Positions 1 through 8,798 of a stretch of 56,189 bases of DNA are shown here, piece by piece. The stretch is taken from NCBI GenBank assembly GCA_001805965.1, contig MHHG01000032.1, positions 1 through 56,189 on the forward strand, read 5' to 3'. How positions within the stretch are numbered: the first letter of the stretch is position 1; each line of letters begins with the position of its first letter. Source of the stretch: Omnitrophica WOR_2 bacterium RIFOXYA2_FULL_38_17 (lineage in GTDB: Bacteria; Omnitrophota; Gorgyraeia; Zapsychrales; Zapsychraceae). The position numbers and the translations under genes were made by a program. The notes under the pieces were generated by a model. It ran no database searches. It was given only the letters and a program-made list of their open reading frames with translations, and was not told the origin of the DNA.

Positions 1-2359
1 AATCTTTTATCTCCATCATACTGTTATTATCACTAGCCATAATTACAAATACTGGATATCGAGTAAATCCATTTTTATCTGCATCCATCATATTGTTCAT
101 ATATTTTACCAGTTCTCTTTTAATAGCAGTACTTGCGTCAAAACCACCTTCTACGGGAAAGACTGAACTTTCAATAGACTCTCTTATTTTGTCTGAGTTT
201 CTTAGATCAATATATCCATCACCTGATGTTTCGCTTCTATAGTTTGCCAAAGTTATCTTACATTCTCTAATGTTCTCGAACTTTGAGGCAATAACACCAA
301 TTCTTGCAACCTGTTCTTTTCTTTTATTCTCGGCAGCTTTTGAAGAATCAATTATAAAATGCAAATAAGGAGTCCTCTTAAAACTCGGCATTACTTTCAT
401 TCCCTCACTGGAAATAGAGACATAAGCGTTACCTCTTGCGCTGATACCTTTAACGACTAAATCAGCTGGAATCTTATCACCTGCCTGATTTAACTGTATT
501 TCCTTTTCACCAAAGTAAATGACCGGAGATGTATTTTCCGGATATTTAAATTCAATTTCAGCAACCCTTTCTTCACCCAGACTAAAAGGGTACACATTGA
601 ACTCAACTTTATTAGGCGTTGAATATGACAGTATGCCGGGGTCTCTTGCTGTAAAATCCCTTATCATGTGATAAACCCACAAGGCAGTTTTCCTGTCAAA
701 CATTTTCGCAGGCACCATTTCACTACCCATTTTTAGTGATAAGCTTTTAATAAAGACACCTCTTGGCAGAATAATATTCTCTGCAAATTCAGCATTAAGG
801 CTAGAACCGACATTCTTCATTTCAATAGTCAGCTTCGCTTCCGATTGACCTTTGTTAGCAAAAGACTCTACTTTAGCAGAAGCCTCAACATTTCTTTCAG
901 GCAAACTGGCCCTTCTTCCAGTTGCCCCTGAACGGCGAAAACCCCCTCTAATTCTCGATCTTCCAAAATAAAACGAATCATAATATGGCCGCATTTCTTC
1001 ACCGGCAAACAGCTTATACATATGTTTTATCTTTGAATCCGGCAAAACCATATCATCAAAAACCATTCGCTTATACATGCCAGAAAGAAACGGCATATAA
1101 GCACCTTCTTTTATTTTTGTCATTTCATATAATATGCTTTTTGCTTTCTCAAGGGAAACATCACATTTCGCTTCTTTGCTGTAATCAGGCGCATAAACAT
1201 AATCAAGTATCTTTCTAAGTGCTGCCCTATCATAAAAATTCTTACATAAAACACTGGCCGGCAAAACAGACAAGCAGATTAACCCGGCAAGAAAAACAAA
1301 CGCCGGTGAACTTGCTTTCAAGCATTCCTTAACATCCCCATACAATCTTTTTGTGTGCAACATAAATAATGCGACAGGAACCAGAAAAAGAAAACCAAAC
1401 CCCATAGCAAACATTGCTGGCAACGCCAAAGGCAGAAATGGCAAAAAAACAACAAACACATAAAACGTAAACGGAAAGGTCAGGCTTCTTGCGCACAGCA
1501 TAAGCCTTGAGCCTATCTTTTCTTCCACACAAGGTATGATAACGATCAATGCATTTATAACTGTCAAAACATAGACCCAAGTTGACTGAAAATCTGCAGG
1601 AAAAGGCATTATCTTATTTAACAACAATCCTGCAACTGGCCCAATCAGCGCAATAATAATAGCGAACATCATCTTGGCGACATCGCCTTTTGTTGAAATG
1701 AAATTGTAGGAAAGAACTAAAGTGCGTATAAATCCAAAAAATATCATGACAGTAGCAGTAATAAAGAACGCGACAAATACATACTGGGGAAGATAGATCA
1801 TGAACCTATGGCTCATTAATCCCATAAAAAGAATAAAAAAGAAATAGTAGAAAACAGGGCCTAAAATCGCAATAAGAACACTAATGCCAAAATCATAAGG
1901 AAGTTTCAACTTAGCATCAAAACACGAAATTCGTAATCCAGCATAGAACAGGCCAGGCATTATAAGGATAAACTGATACAAAACAAGGTTGCCTTGATTC
2001 AATATCCAAGGCTCAATACCCGAAGGAATTACCTGCCATGTATTGCTGCAGAAATACCATAAATATCCAATATTACAAAGAAGAAGGATTGGACTCCAAC
2101 CCCAATTAAGATTACTCTTTTGCAACTTTGACACTAACCAGGCAATAAAAGCCATTGCTACGATAATAACTTCGAACCATAAAATAGAATATGCCAAGTA
2201 TAAATTTTCAGGCAGCACCTCTTCGCTAATTATCCAAAACGCTCTCAAATTAATTAAGATAAGAAGAAGTTGCGGCAGAATCAACACCCACCAGAGCATG
2301 TGGGGTTTCTTAAAATATGCCGGAAGCAGCGGCCTGCTAAAGGATTCGTTCATTTCCAT
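1..2359 (-). CDS. Large multi-TM protein with VIT-like and vWA-like regions, MSEP-CTERM-type exosortase target (3' end outside the window)
   Basis: Not in the ORF track because it runs off the window. My translation from ATG 2359 (or 2353) gives MEMNESFSRPLLPAYFKKPHMLWWVLILPQ..., many TM helices, FTFYVFVVFLPFLP, LDYVYAPDYSK, a VIT-like ...KTALWVYHMIRD...RDPGILSY...FNVYPF segment and TPYLHFIIDSS. The frame is consistent down to base 2. It overlaps the exosortase gene. The C-terminal sorting motif is not visible. Confidence 0.8.
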   Translation of the reverse strand, partial: MEMNESFSRPLLPAYFKKPHMLWWVLILPQLLLILINLRAFWIISEEVLPENLYLAYSILWFEVIIVAMAFIAWLVSKLQKSNLNWGWSPILLLCNIGYLWYFCSNTWQVIPSGIEPWILNQGNLVLYQFILIMPGLFYAGLRISCFDAKLKLPYDFGISVLIAILGPVFYYFFFILFMGLMSHRFMIYLPQYVFVAFFITATVMIFFGFIRTLVLSYNFISTKGDVAKMMFAIIIALIGPVAGLLLNKIMPFPADFQSTWVYVLTVINALIVIIPCVEEKIGSRLMLCARSLTFPFTFYVFVVFLPFLPLALPAMFAMGFGFLFLVPVALFMLHTKRLYGDVKECLKASSPAFVFLAGLICLSVLPASVLCKNFYDRAALRKILDYVYAPDYSKEAKCDVSLEKAKSILYEMTKIKEGAYMPFLSGMYKRMVFDDMVLPDSKIKHMYKLFAGEEMRPYYDSFYFGRSRIRGGFRRSGATGRRASLPERNVEASAKVESFANKGQSEAKLTIEMKNVGSSLNAEFAENIILPRGVFIKSLSLKMGSEMVPAKMFDRKTALWVYHMIRDFTARDPGILSYSTPNKVEFNVYPFSLGEERVAEIEFKYPENTSPVIYFGEKEIQLNQAGDKIPADLVVKGISARGNAYVSISSEGMKVMPSFKRTPYLHFIIDSSKAAENKRKEQVARIGVIASKFENIRECKITLANYRSETSGDGYIDLRNSDKIRESIESSVFPVEGGFDASTAIKRELVKYMNNMMDADKNGFTRYPVFVIMASDNNSMMEIKD

Positions 2360-2879
2360 ATTTCCTTTCAAATAAAAATGATAATAACAAGATCGTTGAC
2401 AAGAAAACAACGATCCCTACGGCATGATGGACCATAGACTGATAATCAGCTGGCAGGATAACTTTACATATACTATGAATTCTATAAGCACATATTATGC
2501 GAAATCCATTTGTAATTACTGTAACAAAATAACAAAAAGGCAGACCTAATAAAGCCAACCTGAATGATTTTCCCCTAGGAAACACCTTAAATATTTTATG
2601 AAGATAAATAGCCGTTAATATGCAGAAAAAACCATAACCCGTGCATCCGGAGGTAATATTGATCACGTTGCTAGAAAGAGGTATAAATAGCATGTTATCC
2701 TGACCCAAGACAAAACTGCTACCAAAAAAGAAAGATGCCATCCACGCCGAAGGATATGCGAATATTTTATATAATTGCTCCGGAAAATACGCCTGGAGCT
2801 GATACAACGCCACGGCTATTCCCATAAAAACAAACGTACCAGTATTTTTCCTTAGAATTTCCATAACATACGCTTTCAT
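2337..2879 (-). CDS. xrtK: Exosortase/archaeosortase-family protein, probably exosortase K
   Basis: Multi-TM protein with the exosortase Cys-Arg-His motifs (ITSGCTG, TNGFRII, HHAVG), adjacent to a MSEP-CTERM-like gene. Start set at MKAYV (2879); the track start is 2921. Confidence 0.75.
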   Translation of the reverse strand: MKAYVMEILRKNTGTFVFMGIAVALYQLQAYFPEQLYKIFAYPSAWMASFFFGSSFVLGQDNMLFIPLSSNVINITSGCTGYGFFCILTAIYLHKIFKVFPRGKSFRLALLGLPFCYFVTVITNGFRIICAYRIHSICKVILPADYQSMVHHAVGIVVFLSTILLLSFLFERKYGNERIL

Positions 2880-2914
2880 TGTTCTAAAATGATGCTGCTT
2901 ATGACGCCGACATG

Positions 2915-2946
2915 TTTTCACTCCCTCCCGGGATGGGAAGTGAAAA
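2915..2946 (-). other. Intergenic stem-loop
   Basis: Minus strand UUUUCACUUCCCAUCC-CG-GGAGGGAGUGAAAA, a bulged inverted repeat between the 67-aa gene and the exosortase, with no clear downstream U-tract. Confidence 0.5.
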
Positions 2947-2956
2947 ATACACTATC

Positions 2957-3160
2957 TTATTTTTGCAATAAGATCGTGTAGCTTGTCAATCCACCTGCTA
3001 CTAAAACTGATCCTGCTATAAAAGGCAAACTAGCAGCAGCGATCACATAGATTGATGTGCTCATAATATATGGAACGCAAAGGATCATTCCATATCCTCC
3101 TGCTACAATTGAGAATATTGCAGCAGCCTTACAAAGAGACACGATGGCTTGTGGGGTCAT
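2957..3160 (-). CDS. Small two-TM membrane protein
   Basis: 67 aa with two hydrophobic segments; strong RBS (AAAGGAGG) upstream of the ATG. Confidence 0.75.
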   Translation of the reverse strand: MTPQAIVSLCKAAAIFSIVAGGYGMILCVPYIMSTSIYVIAAASLPFIAGSVLVAGGLTSYTILLQK

Positions 3161-3185
3161 TATAATTCCTCCTTTCTACATCTTA

Positions 3186-4574
3186 TTAGATCATTGTTCC
3201 TAATTCTTTTTCACAGTATTTATCGTATGTAACCCTTATCAATATATTTGCAGATACAAATGAGATAAAAACACAGAATACTATCGATAGAACATCCAAA
3301 ATAACCAACTGCATCAAAAGCATAGTTAACAAGCATAAACACATTCCATTAAAAATAACTGTTACAGCTTTTAAGCATGAGCTCATATATGCTATCCACG
3401 CCATGATCAGGTATCCATAAGCTCCTGTAAACAGCAAATAACTCCAAAACTTTACGGTCGCCATTATTCCAGCATTTAGCACCGCACTTGATATAACCGC
3501 AAAATAAACAACGAACAAAAACCAAAACAAAATTAAATCACGAAAGAACCCAAATCCTTTCTCTAGAATAAAAGTTCTTTTATCAATAGGCTTTAATGAA
3601 TCATATGCCCAATACATCATCTTTTTATAATTAGACCCCAAGGCTATCAGAACTGGTGCTACTGAAAGCAGCAGGAAGTTAAAATAAGCATTAGCAAAAA
3701 ACTCATTTCCAAATTGAAAAACCTTCAAAAAATATATGAATGCTGGCGTACCAAAGACTATCAAGCACCAGGTGCCCCTCATTTCCCTGTACTCATTAAT
3801 ATCCCAATGAATAGACCTGATCAATGCATTCTTGGCTCTCGGATATTTTGGATATACTGAATTTTTCTGTTTGCTCTTAAATATGTGTTTAAAGGGATTG
3901 AAAAAGCTATAAACCAAATTTGAAGCCCTGAGCTGATTTTTAAGCAAAGATTTTTCTGTCCATGACAAAAGAAATGGATATTCAAAGCTGTCCTCTTTTA
4001 TCTTCATAAGCCTAATTATCATAAAAACAAACAAGCTTATAATTGCAGCAACAATATAGATATTGTAGTGAGTGGTATTGCTTAGTTGCTCAACAAAAGC
4101 AAACGACTCTCCTGAAATAAGAAGACAGATCAAATACGCAAAGACAAGGACGGCTCCTATTGATAAAAACCCTAAATATACAATAAAAACTGCCATAAAA
4201 AGACAAGTAGTATGAACGCCGAACAATGCAGCTGATGAGATCTCAAAATTAACTTTCGTGCCTATCTCCCATATCCAAACGACAATGACAAAAAACACAA
4301 AAACCAAAAAAGCTACGACCAAGTGAGGCGCTCTATAACCTGGCAATATTGATGCACGATGATTTGCAAATTGGCGTTTCAAAACCAAACCCAGCATAAA
4401 ACATAACCACAGGCTGAATACAAACTGGACCGTGAACATTTCATTTGCATAAAAGCCTAATCTCATCTTGATAAATCCTTTGGATATTACAGATGAGGCT
4501 ATAAAACCAAGCGACAGCATTAAAAATGCTGGATTCCTAATTGACAATAATAATATTTGCGCATATTTTCTCAT
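3186..4574 (-). CDS. ABC transporter permease (multi-TM)
   Basis: 462 aa with about 10-12 hydrophobic segments; start overlaps the stop of the ABC ATPase. Confidence 0.7.
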   Translation of the reverse strand: MRKYAQILLLSIRNPAFLMLSLGFIASSVISKGFIKMRLGFYANEMFTVQFVFSLWLCFMLGLVLKRQFANHRASILPGYRAPHLVVAFLVFVFFVIVVWIWEIGTKVNFEISSAALFGVHTTCLFMAVFIVYLGFLSIGAVLVFAYLICLLISGESFAFVEQLSNTTHYNIYIVAAIISLFVFMIIRLMKIKEDSFEYPFLLSWTEKSLLKNQLRASNLVYSFFNPFKHIFKSKQKNSVYPKYPRAKNALIRSIHWDINEYREMRGTWCLIVFGTPAFIYFLKVFQFGNEFFANAYFNFLLLSVAPVLIALGSNYKKMMYWAYDSLKPIDKRTFILEKGFGFFRDLILFWFLFVVYFAVISSAVLNAGIMATVKFWSYLLFTGAYGYLIMAWIAYMSSCLKAVTVIFNGMCLCLLTMLLMQLVILDVLSIVFCVFISFVSANILIRVTYDKYCEKELGTMI

Positions 4575-5449
4575 CTATTTAGCTCCAAAAATATCTCTTC
4601 TAAATTCAAATTCTCAACTTGCACCTCTGCGTTAAATTTTGATTCCAACTGTTTTTTCATCCCTTCATTAAATCCGCGAACAGAAATGACCGCTTCGTTA
4701 TTTAATATTTCACAGCTTAAAACACCTTCAGCCTCAATGCTTTCTTTTATAGGGTCTTTTGAGGTAACCCTTAACCTCTTTACCTCATCTTTCAATTCAT
4801 CAAGCCCGCCACAAAAATCGATCTTTCCGTCTTTTAACAATGCTACTCTGTCAGCGACCCTTTCAAGGTCAGTTGTAATATGCGTTGAAAAAAATATGGT
4901 ACATTCTCTGTCAGCTACCAAATCCAGTATCATCTTTATAAACTGCCTTCTAGCAGCTGGATCAAGGCTTGCAACTGGCTCGTCAAAAACCAGCAATTCC
5001 GGCCTGTGGCCTAATGATAGAATTATTGATAATTTTTGAACCTGTCCTTCTGAAAGCATTCCAACTTTATCTGTTTCTTTTAATTCCCAAATTGAAACTA
5101 ATTTATTAACAAGCTCAGTATCCCAAACAGTATAAAACGTTTCCGTGTAATCTATCGCCTGTCTAACTGTTAACCAGGGATATATCCTGTCTGCTTGAGG
5201 CACATAACCTAACTTTTCTTTAGTCCCATTTTTAAATTTCAATGGATTATCACCGATTGTCACTACTTCACCCTTTTGAGGCTTGAGAAGCCCTAGCAGA
5301 CATTTAATTAAGGTCGTCTTTCCAGATCCATTTTTCCCCAACAAACCAAAAACAGATCCTTTGGGGACATTCAGTGACAAATCATTTAACACTGACTTTC
5401 CATTAAAATTTTTTGAAACACTTTTAACTTCAACGATAAAATCACTCAT
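4571..5449 (-). CDS. ABC transporter ATP-binding protein (YtrB-like)
   Basis: Walker A GKNGSGKTT, signature LSEGQ, Walker B LLVFDEP, H-loop STH. Confidence 0.95.
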   Translation of the reverse strand: MSDFIVEVKSVSKNFNGKSVLNDLSLNVPKGSVFGLLGKNGSGKTTLIKCLLGLLKPQKGEVVTIGDNPLKFKNGTKEKLGYVPQADRIYPWLTVRQAIDYTETFYTVWDTELVNKLVSIWELKETDKVGMLSEGQVQKLSIILSLGHRPELLVFDEPVASLDPAARRQFIKMILDLVADRECTIFFSTHITTDLERVADRVALLKDGKIDFCGGLDELKDEVKRLRVTSKDPIKESIEAEGVLSCEILNNEAVISVRGFNEGMKKQLESKFNAEVQVENLNLEEIFLELNR

Positions 5450-5846
5450 TGCCCTTCTCCTTTAGCAGCGATGTTAACATTTCAATAACTTTATTTGGTC
5501 TTAAAGACAATTGCTTTGATTTTGTTACTACTTCATTCAATATCGGAATTATTTCATTTTCTTTTTGCTCTAGGCTCTCTCCAGGAAGATCAGATTCCCT
5601 TACCTTCATGCCTTGGCCTCTAACAAACTCTAAAACGCCTTCCTTCTCTAATAATGAGTAAGCCTTTGATGCAGTCATTGGGTTAATCTCTAATTCAGTC
5701 GCAATTTGTCTTACAGACGGCAGGAATTCGCCTTTGGGAAGTTTTTTTGTTGCTATTAATATCTTTACTTGATCTATGATCTGTCTGTATATAGGGACTC
5801 CCGATGTTGTAGCTATCTGAAAATAATATTTTGCTTTCGATTCCAT
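5442..5846 (-). CDS. GntR-family regulator, YtrA subfamily
   Basis: GVPIYRQI...LPSVRQIATELEINPMTASKAYSLLEKEG...RGQG with a short C-terminal domain; first gene before an ABC transporter. Confidence 0.92.
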   Translation of the reverse strand: MESKAKYYFQIATTSGVPIYRQIIDQVKILIATKKLPKGEFLPSVRQIATELEINPMTASKAYSLLEKEGVLEFVRGQGMKVRESDLPGESLEQKENEIIPILNEVVTKSKQLSLRPNKVIEMLTSLLKEKGNE

Positions 5847-5876
5847 TTCTTATTCTTTTCCTTTCATTATGGACCT

Positions 5877-5915
5877 GTGTATTAGAAGTATAATACACTA
5901 ATACACCCATGTCAA
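5877..5915 (-). promoter_or_regulatory. Sigma70 promoter with overlapping YtrA-type operator
   Basis: TTGACA (5915-5910), 17 nt, TATACT (5892-5887). Inverted repeat GTGTATTA-N6-TAATACAC (5877-5898) covers the -10, with an extra TAATACAC half-site at 5899-5906. Confidence 0.8.
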
Positions 5916-5948
5916 GAGTAACAATACAATAAGATCAAATCTTTGATT

Positions 5949-7970
5949 TTACTTGATAGCTTTTTCGATCTTTCTTTCAATTTTTCTTTTTATAAAGTCA
6001 GGAATGACACCTGTTGCAGCTTCTTTAAAGTCTGACTGCATCCATTGAAAGTTTATTTTATTTATACCGCCTAATAACCTAAACTCAAATGGAATAAATT
6101 GGCGATCATCCTTTATTCTCTTTAATAATGACCTGAACCGCTTTGATTCCTTCATCATGTCCTTATCAAATCCTAATTTAAAATCACTAGAAACATTAGA
6201 ATATTCTCTAAGCTTAAAATACCCATCAAGGATAATCTTTTTTGAATCCAAGTTCACATCATATATATCAAAATTGGTTTCATTAATAATAAATTTAAGA
6301 TTAACATTATATCCTTCTACAGCCCTGACCGATGACATATCAAAATAATCAGCCAGCCAATCTAAAAAGGAAGCATTAGCTAAATACCCATCATGAACTT
6401 CAAGGGCCCCATTGATATCAAAATCTGGGTAATTAGTTATATTCATGTTTGAATTTATCTTTCCTTTTAATATGGAAAAATCATATAACATGCCATCTAT
6501 CTTGTTAATATCCACTTCTTTAAGACTAATCTGGGCATTGCTTATATTTTTTTTATCTTTCGTATTTACGGTAATGTTAGACTCAATCTTCCCGCCGAAT
6601 ATTTTTGCATCGATATTTATAGTTTTTTTGTCTTTGTCCACCAGATCAATATATATTTTCGGGTCATTGAATTGAGCTTCCTGGATAACAGTGTCTTTCA
6701 GGAAATAAACATTAATTTTTTTAGCTTTAAATGAATATTTAGAATGGTTATTAAGGTCAGCAAAAACATCAGAGAAAGAGATACCTGTTGAATCCATATA
6801 TCCTCGTATGCCGCTATATTCTTCATAATTCAAAGCAAGATTGATATCAGCATTTAATATCCCGTGAGTTAAACTACCTGTCAAATTTAAAGACATATCC
6901 TGCACATTGTCTTTCCAATCATTATTTGACTTATAAAAATAAGCAATTGAAGAAATATCATAATTCAGCGAATCAGCTATTTCCACTTCACCACTCATTG
7001 AAATTGGAATATTATTAAACAGGCTGTTAAATCGCTCAATTTTTATAATATTTTTATTTATAGAGAATTCGCTATTAATATCTAAAACATGAATACTTCC
7101 AGCACTTATTTCCTTGAACTCCTTTGCTCCTATTCTAAGAAACATTCTATTTAAAACCTCTAATGCGTCAATAGAGCCTTCATTTGGGGTGCCATCATCA
7201 GATATATTTTTTTCTTCGGAAAATCCATACCCTTTCAAAAATATCCTATTTTTGTTTGAATGCCCATTAAGGCTAGCAAAAAAGGCACCTTCTTTTCGCA
7301 AATCAATTTTATTAAACACTAGTCCTTCATTTTCTGCTGCAGCACTTGCAATAAATTCAAGAGGCCTTTTATTTTCACAATCATTGTTTCCACATCGAAC
7401 AATATCGCCAGAAAAGCTTATAATTCCGAGTTCATTTTCAAAGTCAAAATTGAAATTTACTGAACTTTTATTATCAATTTCATCTTCCTCAACCATTCCA
7501 TTTTTAACAAGCACTCCCAGGCTTTGCCATTTTAGAGCATTAAATATATTTGCACCTTTTATCATCCTTTTTTTTAGATATATTAACTCGCTTTTGTCAT
7601 AAACTATTGGATCAAACATCTCAATCCTTGAAACATCGATCCTTTTTTCTAAAATCATTTTATAAACAGATAATGTCAACACTATCTTTGGCAAATACAC
7701 TTTTTTTTCGCTACCCAATCTTGTATTCTTTGAAACATATACACCGTTTAATATAAGCTTATGCGGCTCTAAAACCAAGATCTGATTGATTGAAACAAGT
7801 CTGCCTGCGGCTTTACTTAGAATTTTTTCTATATCCGGCTTAACTTTATTTAACGTATAATTAAATATCAAAACAGCTACAACAAAAATAACAACAACTG
7901 TTATTCCTGCTTTTGTTTTTCGATTAAAAGAATATACTTGCAATGTTTTCTTTCTCAACATAAAATTCAA
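5949..7970 (-). CDS. AsmA-like envelope protein
   Basis: N-terminal TM anchor, IEKILSKAAGRLVSI (AsmA/DUF748-like start), long beta-rich body, FGGKIESNI motif. Confidence 0.65.
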   Translation of the reverse strand: MNFMLRKKTLQVYSFNRKTKAGITVVVIFVVAVLIFNYTLNKVKPDIEKILSKAAGRLVSINQILVLEPHKLILNGVYVSKNTRLGSEKKVYLPKIVLTLSVYKMILEKRIDVSRIEMFDPIVYDKSELIYLKKRMIKGANIFNALKWQSLGVLVKNGMVEEDEIDNKSSVNFNFDFENELGIISFSGDIVRCGNNDCENKRPLEFIASAAAENEGLVFNKIDLRKEGAFFASLNGHSNKNRIFLKGYGFSEEKNISDDGTPNEGSIDALEVLNRMFLRIGAKEFKEISAGSIHVLDINSEFSINKNIIKIERFNSLFNNIPISMSGEVEIADSLNYDISSIAYFYKSNNDWKDNVQDMSLNLTGSLTHGILNADINLALNYEEYSGIRGYMDSTGISFSDVFADLNNHSKYSFKAKKINVYFLKDTVIQEAQFNDPKIYIDLVDKDKKTINIDAKIFGGKIESNITVNTKDKKNISNAQISLKEVDINKIDGMLYDFSILKGKINSNMNITNYPDFDINGALEVHDGYLANASFLDWLADYFDMSSVRAVEGYNVNLKFIINETNFDIYDVNLDSKKIILDGYFKLREYSNVSSDFKLGFDKDMMKESKRFRSLLKRIKDDRQFIPFEFRLLGGINKINFQWMQSDFKEAATGVIPDFIKRKIERKIEKAIK

Positions 7971-8448
7971 TCTTATCTATATAATAAACTGCTTTATGGT
8001 TACGATTAAGCGGCGATTCAAATAAATATTCTTTTGTATTATCAAAAATAAAACTATTTCTTTTAACTAACTTAATCTCTTCTTCTATTCCAAGGATCAA
8101 GCTTTCATTTTTTTCAATTTTCGCTAATTTCATTAAGTAAACATACGCAAAAAGCCTTCCGTTTTCATCCTTTGAAACCTTTAAATATTCTTTAAAATAG
8201 TTTTCAGAGCTTTTATAATCAGCTATTTGATAATAATATTCGGCTATAGCGAACAGCGCTTTGCGTTTATAGCTTTCCTTTGGGTTAGCTGAAAGAACTT
8301 TACGATATCCCATAAAAGCAAAGTCTGGATGTCCCATTTTTGCATCCTTTTCTGCCTTTTTAAATATCTTTGTCATATCAGCAGCAAAAACAAAGCTATG
8401 CATCGCAAAAGTCAAAATCACAAGAAAGATTGTCACTCTAAATTTCAT
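7924..8448 (-). CDS. Secreted TPR-repeat protein
   Basis: True start is probably MKFRV at 8448 (RBS GGAG), because the track's longer start lies inside the riboswitch. Signal peptide ending ...SFVFAAD; TPR-like ALFAIAEYYYQIADYKSSENYFKEYL. Confidence 0.75.
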   Translation of the reverse strand: MKFRVTIFLVILTFAMHSFVFAADMTKIFKKAEKDAKMGHPDFAFMGYRKVLSANPKESYKRKALFAIAEYYYQIADYKSSENYFKEYLKVSKDENGRLFAYVYLMKLAKIEKNESLILGIEEEIKLVKRNSFIFDNTKEYLFESPLNRNHKAVYYIDKIEFYVEKENIASIFF

Positions 8449-8460
8449 TCGTCTCTCCAT

Positions 8461-8500
8461 AAAAAAAACCGAACCATGACATAAAAAGCACATAGTTCGG
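8461..8500 (-). terminator. Intrinsic terminator (riboswitch expression platform)
   Basis: CCGAACUAUG/CAUGGUUCGG 10-bp stem followed by U8, between the aptamer and the start codon. Confidence 0.85.
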
Positions 8501-8510
8501 CCCACTTTTA

Positions 8511-8680
8511 ATAGCAGCAACCCGGCTATCCTGACTTTATGCCAGGACCCGTAGCTTTGCCTGTTCATTAATTAAAATGAACAGCTACTTACCTTTTAGG
8601 TTAGCAGGTCCCCACCTTACAGTCTGTGCTATTTTCTTAGCACATCAGCTCAAAGAGCTGGGGTTTGCCTTTTTTGCCAT
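8511..8680 (-). ncRNA. Cyclic-di-GMP-I (GEMM-I) riboswitch aptamer with two structured insertions
   Basis: Minus strand carries GGCAAACCC...ACU-GUAA-GGU-GGGGAC...GCAAAGCUACGGGUCCUG...CAGGAUAGCCGGGUUGC, with P1 AUGGCA/UGCUAU. Removing 8624-8660 and 8561-8607 leaves an 86-nt canonical-looking aptamer. Confidence 0.85.
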
Positions 8681-8798
8681 ACTTTCTTTTTCTAATACAA
8701 GTATACAATAATAAGAACAATAAAACCCAAATTAATACCTGGAATAATCTTTTAATCCCAACATCAATTTAGGCAATACATTTTTAACATGAAAAAAG

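Noticed and set aside
1320-1440. Suspected frameshift in the MSEP-CTERM-like gene
   Set aside because: Codon-by-codon reading (AMGFGFLFLVPVALFMLHTKRLYGDVKECL) shows the frame is continuous.
985-2375. Track ORFs 985-1218(+), 1329-1580(-) and 2043-2375(+)
   Set aside because: Shadow or alternate-frame ORFs inside the large minus-strand CDS at 1-2359.
8449-8568. N-terminal 40 aa of track ORF 7924-8568
   Set aside because: It overlaps the riboswitch and terminator; the RBS and signal peptide support a start at 8448.
8511-8680. Alternative readings as two tandem riboswitches, a cGAMP (GEMM-Ib) switch or a tRNA
   Set aside because: Only one set of core motifs is present, the position-20 equivalent is G, and there is no T-loop/D-loop or acceptor stem.
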